Origin: Abditibacteriaceae bacterium
Lineage (GTDB): Bacteria; Armatimonadota; Abditibacteriia; Abditibacteriales; Abditibacteriaceae
Direction of reading: 5' to 3'
DNA length: 64,000 nt
Assembly: GCA_965277285.1 (NCBI GenBank)
Contig: OZ255721.1
Span: forward strand, 2,848,001 to 2,912,000
A model generated the notes under the pieces. The model saw nothing but the letters and a program-made list of their open reading frames with translations, did not search any database and was not told the origin of the DNA. The number at the start of each line of letters is the position of its first letter. Position 1 is the stretch's first letter. Position numbers and translations under genes: made by a program. Below are positions 54,374 to 63,037 of the stretch, one piece after another.

Positions 54374-54725
54374 TTAGACGCCATATCGAGTACTCGAACT
54401 GCGTTTCAACTGGCATTTTTAGTGCAACATTCGACTGCGTAGCGCGTGCGGCGCAGACTCTTCCTTTTCCGCACCACCGAGGCGATTCCACCACGTCACG
54501 CAATCCATAAACTTTTTACAACGCTGGCCGAATTTGATTTCGCGCTGTGCGTTGTCGCGCGTCCGAAAGGCGGAAAAGATTGTGAAAAAAAGTGCAAAAA
54601 GATTGTGAAAAGTGGAAACATCAAGGAAAATAGGGACGATAGTTAAAGAGGTGAGGAAAGAAAGCGTGAAGTCGTGAAAGGTCGGGAAAGACTGTTCTGT
54701 TCAGGGGTTATGAGGAGAGAAAACG

Positions 54726-56552
54726 ATGAAAGTCACACCGTTGGGCAAGTTTATTGGCTTGATTTTAGTTTTGGGCGTGGCAATTGGCGTATGGCGCAGT
54801 TGGAACAGACTTGCGCCCAGCGCGGCCACCAAAGATTCGGTTGTGCCGTCGAAAATCGACTTGCCGTCACGCGACGAGAACCCGACTGCGATGAGCACGG
54901 GCAATGATGTCAGCTTCACGCAGGCGAGCGACGAAGCGGGTTGCACTGACAAGCCCGAAGTGCGGCTGCTGGGTTACGCCTGGAACGCGCAAATGGGGAT
55001 GTTGGGCGCTATTGGCGGGCCGCAAGCCACCAAAGGCAGCCTGATGTGCAAATATGGCGTAAATATGCGTTTCCAGCGCCAGGACGATAACGGCAAATTG
55101 ACTGAAGCCTTGGTCGCTTTCGCCACAGAACTCAGTCAGGGCAACGCGAACCCGACCAAAGGCGCGCATTTCGTAACCATTATGGGCGATGGAGGCGCGG
55201 CGTTTCTCAAGGGCGCCAACGATGCCTTGAAGCGTTTGGGGCCGGATTATCAGGCGAAAATCGTGGACGCGATTGGCTATTCGCACGGCGAAGACAAGTT
55301 CATGGGGCCAGCTTCGTGGAAAACCGATCCGTCCAGTTCTCGCGGCGGCGTGGTGGCGGGCGTGTTGCGCGACGGCGACTGGAACATCGCGCAAAAGTGG
55401 CTGGGCGACAACGGTTTGCGCACCAATCCCGACGAGAAGACCTACGATCCCGACGCCTTAAACTGGGTCAACGCCAACGATTATTTGGATGCGGGCGAAA
55501 AATATATCGCCGGTTATTCGGAAGATCGTCCCGTCGTGCGCAACGGCAAAAAGACTGGCGAAACCAAGCACATCACGGTCGATGGCGTGGTAACGTGGAC
55601 GCCAGGCGATGTGAACGTGGCGCAGAAGAAAGGCGGTCTGGTGTCGATTGTTTCGACTAAAGAGTACTCGTCGCAGATGCCGTGTGTCATCATCGGCATC
55701 GACAAGTGGATGAAGGCGAATCGCCCGACCGTGGAGAACATGATTCTGGCGATTGGCGAAGGCGGCGATCAAGTGAAAAATAGCGATGCGGCTTTGGATC
55801 GCGCGTCGCAAATCAGCGCCGCGGTTTATAAGGAAGATGGCGCCGACGCCGCGTATTGGAAGAAGTATTTCAAGGGCACGACGGAACAGGACAAAACTGG
55901 CCAAATGGTCGATCTGGGCGGCTCGTCGGTCAACAATCTTGCGGACAGCTTGTTGTCGTTCGGTCTGGTGCCAGGTTCGGCGAACTTGGTGGCGGCGACC
56001 TATCGCGTTTTCGGCGATGTCGATGTCGCGCAATATCCCGAATTGGTGCCCAGCTATTATTCGCCCGATCAAGTGATTGACCGCTCGTATTTGCAGGGCG
56101 TCGCGCAAAAGTTGCAGCCCGAAGCGCGCAAGGTTTACGTTGCCAACGTTGCGAAAGCGCGCCCCGTTTACAACAAAGGCGTGGCCGTCAAACGGGTTTT
56201 GTCGCGCCGCGTGTGGAACATCACATTTAACGCAGGGCAGGCGAGCTTTACGCCGCAAGCGAAGCAAACGCTGGAACATCTCAGCCGCGAATTGCTGGTC
56301 GCCAGCGGAACGGTTGTCGAAATTCACGGCCACACCGACAACCAGGGCGATCCTCGCAAAAGTATGCCGCTCTCGGAAGCGCGCGCTTTCGCGGTGAAAC
56401 AATGGTTGCAAAACCGCGCGCCGGTCAACTTCCCCGAAGGCCGCATCCGCGTTTTTGCGCACGGCGAAACGCAGCCTTTGGTACCGAACACGTCGCCCGC
56501 TAATCGCGCCAAGAACCGTCGCGTTGAGATCGTGCTGGGCACCACGGCGTAA
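54726..56552 (+). CDS. Membrane-anchored ABC-type substrate-binding-like protein fused to an OmpA-like C-terminal domain
   Basis: N-terminal TM helix, and a C-terminal ITFNAGQA...EIHGHTDNQG...LSEARA...HGETQP...NRRVEI. Confidence 0.85.
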   Translation: MKVTPLGKFIGLILVLGVAIGVWRSWNRLAPSAATKDSVVPSKIDLPSRDENPTAMSTGNDVSFTQASDEAGCTDKPEVRLLGYAWNAQMGMLGAIGGPQATKGSLMCKYGVNMRFQRQDDNGKLTEALVAFATELSQGNANPTKGAHFVTIMGDGGAAFLKGANDALKRLGPDYQAKIVDAIGYSHGEDKFMGPASWKTDPSSSRGGVVAGVLRDGDWNIAQKWLGDNGLRTNPDEKTYDPDALNWVNANDYLDAGEKYIAGYSEDRPVVRNGKKTGETKHITVDGVVTWTPGDVNVAQKKGGLVSIVSTKEYSSQMPCVIIGIDKWMKANRPTVENMILAIGEGGDQVKNSDAALDRASQISAAVYKEDGADAAYWKKYFKGTTEQDKTGQMVDLGGSSVNNLADSLLSFGLVPGSANLVAATYRVFGDVDVAQYPELVPSYYSPDQVIDRSYLQGVAQKLQPEARKVYVANVAKARPVYNKGVAVKRVLSRRVWNITFNAGQASFTPQAKQTLEHLSRELLVASGTVVEIHGHTDNQGDPRKSMPLSEARAFAVKQWLQNRAPVNFPEGRIRVFAHGETQPLVPNTSPANRAKNRRVEIVLGTTA

Positions 56553-56639
56553 TCGAGTACTCGATGTTGCGAAAACGTACGGGCGAGGCATGCCTCGCCC
56601 GTACATGATGCTCACGATGTTTTCACAAGGTTTATAACA

Positions 56640-57605
56640 ATGAGCAATCTCGAATCGAGTACTCAATCTTTAACCCCGACGACCGAAAAGCCGCTTGACG
56701 ATGAGCAAATCGCGCGGTCGAAGAAGACGGACGTTCTGATTCCGGGCGCGCATGGCGGGACATCGGCGTTGCGCGTTGGCGATGTTGGAACGCAGCAAAG
56801 GCGACGCAAAACTCCGTTGCAAAACGCCGCGAACGCGTTCTTGCCCAATCGTGTTGTTTCTGCGACGACGATGCAAATGATCATTGCGGTCGAAGTCGTC
56901 ATCGCGTTAATTGTTTGGATCAATTCGCCATTCAAAGTGTTGCCGACGCCGCGCGAAGTGTTTTCGTCGCTGGGCGAATTGTGGATGAAACAAGGTTTGG
57001 GGCAAGAGCTGGCGATCAGTTTCGGCCTGAACGTGCAAGCCTTGTTGTGGGCGTCGGTGATTTCGCTGCTGCTGGCGTATCTGACGGTCATTCCGGTTTT
57101 TCGTCCGCTTGTCGCCGCGATTTCCAAAGGCCGCTTTCTTAGCCTGGCCGGTTTCACGCTGATTTTTACGCTGATGACGAGCGGCGGTCACGCGCTCAAA
57201 ACGGCGCTGTTGGTTTTTACCGTCACAGTGTTCTACATCACTTCGATGGCGTCCGTGATTGCGGCGATTCCACGCAGCGAGTTCGACCACGCGCGCACTT
57301 TGCGCATGAGCGAATGGCGCGTCGTATGGGAAGTCGTGATTTTGGGGACGGCGGATAAAGCCTTTGAAGTGTTGCGCCAAAATGCCGCGATTGGCTGGAT
57401 GATGCTGACGATGGTCGAAGGCATTGTGCGCAGCGAAGGCGGCGTCGGCGCCATGTTGTTGGGTGAAAGCAAGCATTTTCGCCTGGCCGAAGTGTTCGCC
57501 ATTCAAATCGTGATTTTGCTGGTCGGCCTGTTCCAAGATTACATCATCGGCGCCGTGCGTCATTTGGTTTGTCCGTACGCCGATTTAGCGATGGAAAGGA
57601 AATGA
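56640..57605 (+). CDS. ABC transporter permease (SsuC/TauC-like)
   Basis: LPTPREV, an EAA-like loop FDHARTLRMSEW, EGGVG and multiple TM helices. Confidence 0.85.
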   Translation: MSNLESSTQSLTPTTEKPLDDEQIARSKKTDVLIPGAHGGTSALRVGDVGTQQRRRKTPLQNAANAFLPNRVVSATTMQMIIAVEVVIALIVWINSPFKVLPTPREVFSSLGELWMKQGLGQELAISFGLNVQALLWASVISLLLAYLTVIPVFRPLVAAISKGRFLSLAGFTLIFTLMTSGGHALKTALLVFTVTVFYITSMASVIAAIPRSEFDHARTLRMSEWRVVWEVVILGTADKAFEVLRQNAAIGWMMLTMVEGIVRSEGGVGAMLLGESKHFRLAEVFAIQIVILLVGLFQDYIIGAVRHLVCPYADLAMERK

Positions 57606-57688
57606 TGTGATGACAAACACAACGCGGGCAACCACAAGGGTTGCCCTGTCTCTCGAATCGTCATATCGAGTACTCGAAGAGGAAGACA

Positions 57689-58516
57689 ATGAACGCCATT
57701 GCGCACGAATATAAAAATACGCTGCTCAAATTGTCGAACATTTCGTTTCGTCACGGCGACAATTTGGTGCTGCGCGACCTCAATCTGGAAATCAAAGATT
57801 TGCATCGTCCCGGCATGACGCAAGGCCAGGTCGTCGGTTTGTTGGGGCCGTCCGGCGTTGGGAAAACCACGCTGTTTCGCATTTTGGCCGGATTGGATGT
57901 GCCCGATACCGGCGAAGTTTTGGTCGAGGAAGCGCAAGTTCCGGTGCAGCGCGGCATGGTCGGCGTGGTGGCGCAGAATTATCCGCTGTTTGCGCATCGC
58001 ACGGTGCGCGGCAACTTGCACGTTGCGGGAAAGCAGGCCGGACTAACCAGCACTCAAATCCGCGACAAAGCCGACGAAGTGCTGAAGCGTTTTGAAATCG
58101 AAGACCACGCGCGCAAATACCCCAGCCAGCTTTCGGGCGGGCAGCGCCAGCGCGTCGCTATCGCGCAGCAGTTCATGTGCAGCGAACATTTTCTGTTGAT
58201 GGACGAACCATTTTCCGGCCTGGATTTGATCGCGCAGGAACGCGTGATGGGTTTCATCCAGGAAATGGCGGCGTCCGATGAACTGAAAACCTTCATTCTC
58301 GTGACGCACGACATCAGCGCGGCGTTACAGGTGTGCGACACGATCTGGGTTCTGGGACGCGACCGCGACAAAGACGGCAACGTCATTCCGGGCGCGCGCA
58401 TTCAAGCGACATATGACTTGATAGAACGCGGCTTGTGCTACCAAAAGGACATCACGACTTCGCCCGAATATCTGCAATTGCGCCAGGAAATCCGCGATAT
58501 TTTCCCGCGTTTGTGA
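57689..58516 (+). CDS. ABC transporter ATP-binding protein (SsuB/TauB-like)
   Basis: GPSGVGKT, LSGGQRQR, MDEPFSGLD and VTHD. Confidence 0.93.
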   Translation: MNAIAHEYKNTLLKLSNISFRHGDNLVLRDLNLEIKDLHRPGMTQGQVVGLLGPSGVGKTTLFRILAGLDVPDTGEVLVEEAQVPVQRGMVGVVAQNYPLFAHRTVRGNLHVAGKQAGLTSTQIRDKADEVLKRFEIEDHARKYPSQLSGGQRQRVAIAQQFMCSEHFLLMDEPFSGLDLIAQERVMGFIQEMAASDELKTFILVTHDISAALQVCDTIWVLGRDRDKDGNVIPGARIQATYDLIERGLCYQKDITTSPEYLQLRQEIRDIFPRL

Positions 58517-58561
58517 GAGCGTTTAAAAGAGTTTTATCGAGAGAAATAACGTTTGAGTTTG

Positions 58562-58625
58562 GTCATTCTGAGCGCAGCGAAGAATCTGGCTTTTCATATA
58601 GATTCTTCGCTGCGCTCAGAATGAC
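58562..58625. repeat. Family A REP (intact)
   Basis: 26-bp perfect arms GTCATTCTGAGCGCAGCGAAGAATCT / AGATTCTTCGCTGCGCTCAGAATGAC. Confidence 0.92.
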
Positions 58626-58741
58626 CAAACTCGCACTCTCATTCCGATTGTTTGGCATTTTAGGTGCGTTTATCGAAACGCTTTTGCGGTATCCTTAAAG
58701 GCGAAGTTGGTCGCAGAGAACAGGTCGGAGTTCTTCACATT

Positions 58742-59971
58742 ATGCGCGTCACGGCACTTGGAAAAATCGTCATCTTGCTGTTGATTTTAGGCGCTGCCGT
58801 CGGCGGATGGCGCGCTTTTCAAAGCAAAAGCGGCAACGGCAATCAGGGAAACAACGGCTCGTCGTTCAAACTGCCTTCCGACAACTCGGATACTTCCAAT
58901 AACGACAATTCGAGTACTGGAAATGGCGGCAACAGCGGAACAGATGGCGGCACGGCGACTTCTGACGTAGCAACGTCCGATAACGAGATTCTGCTGGTGA
59001 CGAGCGCGACCAAACAAGGCTGGCTGCTCGATCAAATCCAAAAGTTCAACGCGCAAAACAACGGCAAATATCGCATCACGACCAAGTTCCTGGAAACGCG
59101 CGACGCCATGCACGCCATTCTCGATGGCAAAGTCAAACCGGCGATCTGGTCGCCGTCGAGCACGATTTGGACGGCGCGCCTGGCGCAGGCGTGGCAGCAG
59201 AAATACAATAAACCGATTCTCAATTTGGATGACGCAACCAGCTACCACGTCTTTTTTCGCTCGCCTTTGGTTTTCTTGACGACCAAGCAGAAATTGCCGC
59301 TTTTGAAACCGATTTTAACTGGCGGTTGGGACAAATTGCGCGCTTCAAGCGGTAAGATAAAGTTTTCGCACGCCGATCCTTTGACCTCCAACAGCGGCAT
59401 GATGACCTTGGGCTTGGTTCTGGCTGATTACGCGCAGCAAACCGGCGGCGACCCGAACGAGATCGCCAGCAGCGAAAAGTTTCGCACTTATATGGAAAGC
59501 CTGGAGCGCGGTTTGGTGTTCGATCTTCCGGCGCAGGGCGGTTCGAGCGCGTTGTTTAAGGCGTTTGTGGCCGACCCGAGTCGCTACGATTTTATCACGA
59601 CTTACGAAAGCAACGCGATTGACGAAGCGATTAAAAATCCCAATATCGCGGTAATTTACCCAAATCCCACAGCGGTTTCGGAAAGTGTGGGCGCCGTTCT
59701 GCAGGGCGATTGGTTGTCGCAAACGCAGCAGGACGGCGCGCGGGCGTTTTTGCAATTTCTGGGAAGTCAGCAAGCGATGCGCGAAGGCTTGGCGTATCAT
59801 TTCCGGCCTGCGGAAGCGGGCGGCGCGTTGTCCATCAGCAACACGCTGGGTCAGTTGCGCGGACAGGGTTTTCAACAGTCGTTTTCGTCCGTCGAATTGC
59901 CGCCGTATGATGCGCTGAACGCCGCCGCTTTCCAGTGGCGTATTTACGTCGCGCACAAACCGGCGCAATAA
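58742..59971 (+). CDS. Membrane-anchored extracellular solute-binding protein
   Basis: N-terminal TM helix, Asn/Ser/Gly linker, PAIWSPSS, RSPLV, ADPLTSNSG, YES and VIYP. Confidence 0.75.
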   Translation: MRVTALGKIVILLLILGAAVGGWRAFQSKSGNGNQGNNGSSFKLPSDNSDTSNNDNSSTGNGGNSGTDGGTATSDVATSDNEILLVTSATKQGWLLDQIQKFNAQNNGKYRITTKFLETRDAMHAILDGKVKPAIWSPSSTIWTARLAQAWQQKYNKPILNLDDATSYHVFFRSPLVFLTTKQKLPLLKPILTGGWDKLRASSGKIKFSHADPLTSNSGMMTLGLVLADYAQQTGGDPNEIASSEKFRTYMESLERGLVFDLPAQGGSSALFKAFVADPSRYDFITTYESNAIDEAIKNPNIAVIYPNPTAVSESVGAVLQGDWLSQTQQDGARAFLQFLGSQQAMREGLAYHFRPAEAGGALSISNTLGQLRGQGFQQSFSSVELPPYDALNAAAFQWRIYVAHKPAQ

Positions 59972-60048
59972 GCAACGGGTTAATAGACAAGAGCAACCAC
60001 AAGGGTTGCCCAACTTAGTGTTTGTTAGTCGTATCGAGTACTCGAAAC

Positions 60049-61071
60049 ATGGATCGTAATCGTTATTTGGAAGCGTTTAAGGAAGGCTATAACGTGCTGG
60101 GTTTGACGGCAGCGGTCGCGGCTTCGGCGGCGCTGCTGAACCCTTTGCCGTTGCTGGTCGGGTTGGTCGCTGAGGCCGCTTATATTCTGTTCGTTTCCGA
60201 TTCGCGCTGGTATCAGGTTCGCTTGGCCAAGCGTTTCGATGCCGACATTGAAAAGCGTCGCGCCGAACTCAAAATGCGCGTTCTGCCGACTTTGCAGCCT
60301 TCGATGCAGGAGCGTTTTGCGCGATTGGAAACGGTGCGCGCCAGCATCAACGATCAAGCGCAGGAGCAACCGGACTGGTTCCGCGAAGTGTTGCGTAAAC
60401 TCGATTTTCTGCTGGAAAAGTTCCTCCATTTCGCCGCCAAAGACGCGCAGTTTCATCAATATCTGCAATCGGTGCTCAGCCAGGAATGTGGCATTACGAC
60501 TTTGTCGCAAATGAACGGCAGCGCCAATTTCCCTTCTTTCAACGTAACGCCGCAACAAGCCGCCGCGCAACTGGGATCGAATCGCGGCTTGGCGGGAACC
60601 TTGCCGCCGTCGCCCGCGCCGCGTTCCTCGCGCGCTCACGGCCAGGTTCCGCTGGCGCCCAATGTGCCGTCGAACGCCGTCGCCACCAGCGTTTTGGCGC
60701 AGGCTTCGGGCGGCGAAAAATGGACGCAAAGCGCGATTGGCAACATTCAGGCGCATTACGACCTCGAGTTGGAAGAATTGAAGGCGAACGCGCAAAACGA
60801 AAGCGATGCGAGCACGCGCGCGGTTTTGGAAAAGCGTCTGGATGTTTTGGGACGGCGGCGCGAGTTCATCGGAAAAATCGGGCGCATTCAAACCAATTTG
60901 CTGCATCAATTGAGTTTGGTCGAAGACACGTTCGGCCTGATTTCCGATGAAATTCGCGCGCAGCCGCCGGAACAAGTCTTGGCCGATATTAATGATGTCG
61001 TGTCGCAAACCAACACCATGACGCAGTTGCTGGAAGAGTTCGCGCCGTTTGAACACAACTTGAACATTTGA
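60049..61071 (+). CDS. Hypothetical protein with N-terminal membrane hairpin and helical/coiled-coil body
   Basis: Hydrophobic N-terminus, charged helical regions and operon position. Confidence 0.75.
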   Translation: MDRNRYLEAFKEGYNVLGLTAAVAASAALLNPLPLLVGLVAEAAYILFVSDSRWYQVRLAKRFDADIEKRRAELKMRVLPTLQPSMQERFARLETVRASINDQAQEQPDWFREVLRKLDFLLEKFLHFAAKDAQFHQYLQSVLSQECGITTLSQMNGSANFPSFNVTPQQAAAQLGSNRGLAGTLPPSPAPRSSRAHGQVPLAPNVPSNAVATSVLAQASGGEKWTQSAIGNIQAHYDLELEELKANAQNESDASTRAVLEKRLDVLGRRREFIGKIGRIQTNLLHQLSLVEDTFGLISDEIRAQPPEQVLADINDVVSQTNTMTQLLEEFAPFEHNLNI

Positions 61072-61265
61072 TTTCACCGCGAAGGACGTGAAGATCGCGA
61101 AGGACAAAGAAGGATAGCGAATAGAGCTAAAGGTGTGTCATTCTGAGCGCAGCGAAGAATCTTTCGTTAAGTTAGATTCTTCGCTGCGCTCAGAATGACA
61201 TCTTCTTAGTTTCGAGCACTCAAATTCTTTTTCCTTCGCGATCTTCGCGTCCTTCGCGGTGAAAT
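61071..61265. repeat. Nested repeat: family C inverted arms enclosing a family A REP (61137-61199)
   Basis: ATTTCACCGCGAAGGACGTGAAGATCGCGAAGG ... CCTTCGCGATCTTCGCGTCCTTCGCGGTGAAAT. Confidence 0.88.
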
Positions 61266-61276
61266 GATGGAGCCTT

Positions 61277-62032
61277 ATGAATTTTCTTCGCAAAGCGGCT
61301 TCTCTGATCGTCGAGATTCCACCAGAAGAAGCGACGACTGCGGCAAGCAACGACGACAACTTTTCGCTGGGCGACGATCCGCTGGCGCGCGTCGAGCGAC
61401 AGGCCGTCGATGTGGACAAATTGCTGCAAGAGCAGGGTCTTGGCATCAAGAAAAATGCGGTTTCGAGTGCGGGAAGTGCCGCGCCAACGACCAAAACCGT
61501 CGCGCAAATCGCGCAGGATGCGCCTGGCCCAAATCTGCAAGACGTGAAAGTGGATGCCAACATCGGCAATGCGCTGCTCCAACCAAGTGCGATTTACGAA
61601 GCCGCCAAATTGCCGCCATCGCCCTTTACGGCTGAGCAAATGCTCGATATGCTGGCCGGTTTGCCCAAAGAGTTACCGCTGGATGTCAAGCGGCAAACCA
61701 TCAAAGTGACGTTGGGCGCGCTGGGCAAAACAATGGGCGCTACGCCGGAAACGATTGTCGCTGATGCCTCGCGTAAAATGGCGGCTTTGAAAAGTTACGT
61801 CGAACATTTGCAAAAACGCACCGATGAATTCGCGCACAGCGGCGAAACAGAAATCGCGGTTTTGCAAAAACAAATCGAGGACAAGCGCAAAGCGATTGAA
61901 GACGCGCGCGGTTCATTGACTGCCGCGACGCAAAGTTGCACCAAAGAATCGGAGCATTTGGACGACGTGCTGGAGTTTTTCAGTTTGGATGTCGCACCGT
62001 CGAAATACGCACCGAGAACAAACACGGAATGA
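61277..62032 (+). CDS. Hypothetical coiled-coil protein
   Basis: SD GGAG, an amphipathic N-terminus MNFLRKAASLIVE and C-terminal heptads. Confidence 0.75.
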   Translation: MNFLRKAASLIVEIPPEEATTAASNDDNFSLGDDPLARVERQAVDVDKLLQEQGLGIKKNAVSSAGSAAPTTKTVAQIAQDAPGPNLQDVKVDANIGNALLQPSAIYEAAKLPPSPFTAEQMLDMLAGLPKELPLDVKRQTIKVTLGALGKTMGATPETIVADASRKMAALKSYVEHLQKRTDEFAHSGETEIAVLQKQIEDKRKAIEDARGSLTAATQSCTKESEHLDDVLEFFSLDVAPSKYAPRTNTE

Positions 62033-62127
62033 TGAATGCGGAATACGGAATGTTCTTCAACACTCGCCTTAACATTATCGAGTACTCGAAGTGCGCTTTG
62101 CATTCATCATTCCGTATTTATCATTTC
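62026..62127. repeat. ~7-nt-subunit inverted repeat enclosing a 12-mer palindrome
   Basis: GGAATGA/TGAATGC/GGAATAC/GGAATG on the left and CATTCAT/CATTCCG/TATTTAT/CATTTC on the right. Confidence 0.7.
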
Positions 62128-62139
62128 TAAAGGGGTTTT

Positions 62140-62895
62140 ATGTTCAAACGATTATCGAATTTGATTTCAGGGTTTTTCGGGTTGTTCGTTTCGGGAATGG
62201 AGCGCCAGAATCCCGAAGCGTTGCTCGAAGTCGAGAAAGAAAACTTGCGCAAGCAGATCGCGCGCTACAATCAGGGTTTGGCGACGCACGCCGGAATGTG
62301 CGAGCGTTTGATGACGCAAGTCAAAAGCCTGGAGCAAAGCGAGAAAGAATTGCGCGCACAAACTGGCGCCAACATCAAAGCCGGAAACCGCGAGCGCGCC
62401 GCACAACTCGCGCTGCAATTGCAAACGGTTTCCTCTCAACTCGAAGAAAACCGCAAGCAATTGGAAGGCGCCGAAACGACGTATAAAGATTTGGTGAAGG
62501 CGCGCAATGTCACGGTCGATGAAGCCAAAGCCAAAATCAACCAGCTCAAATTCAGCCTGGACGACTTGAAAGTCAAGAAGGCGACCGCCGAAATGAACGA
62601 AATGGCGAGCGGCATGATCACCTCGATTGGCGGCAGCGGCGACACCTTAAACCGCTTGCAGGAAATGGTCGAAGACGAACGGACAAAAGCCTCCGGTCGC
62701 GCGCGCGTCGCCAAAGACAGCCTGAACACGACCGATTTTCAGATGAAGGAAAGCGAGCAAAAAGCTCTGGCCGATCAAGCTCTGGCCGATTTCGCCGCCA
62801 AAGAAGGCATCGCGCTCGAACCTTCGATGCCCACCGATTCGTCGTCCAGCGAAACGCTTTCCTCCAAAACGATGGGCGCCAGCGAAACGATTTAA
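62140..62895 (+). CDS. PspA/IM30 (bacterial ESCRT-III superfamily) protein
   Basis: Amphipathic MFKRLSNLISG, then ERQNPEALLE, a long coiled coil and LNRLQEMVE. Confidence 0.85.
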   Translation: MFKRLSNLISGFFGLFVSGMERQNPEALLEVEKENLRKQIARYNQGLATHAGMCERLMTQVKSLEQSEKELRAQTGANIKAGNRERAAQLALQLQTVSSQLEENRKQLEGAETTYKDLVKARNVTVDEAKAKINQLKFSLDDLKVKKATAEMNEMASGMITSIGGSGDTLNRLQEMVEDERTKASGRARVAKDSLNTTDFQMKESEQKALADQALADFAAKEGIALEPSMPTDSSSSETLSSKTMGASETI

Positions 62896-62905
62896 CTTAC
62901 CGTCG

Positions 62906-63017
62906 GAAATAGCCATAAAGAACACACAGAACACAAAAAAGAAGGGAAGTAGTATCGAGTACTCGATTTCTTTTTTCATCTCTTTTTTGTGTTCTCTGTG
63001 TTCTTTGTGGCTATTTC
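62906..63017. repeat. Family C inverted repeat with the 12-mer palindrome near its centre
   Basis: GAAATAGCCATAAAGAACACACAGAACACAAAAAAGA ... TCTTTTTTGTGTTCTCTGTGTTCTTTGTGGCTATTTC, with the palindrome at 62955. Confidence 0.8.
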
Positions 63018-63037
63018 TCTTTCGGTATCAAAACATC

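Noticed and set aside
58514..58690. Possible MITE with IS5-like ends around the REP at 58562
   Set aside because: GAGCGTTTAAAA only loosely resembles an IS end, and I found no convincing partner IR or target duplication.
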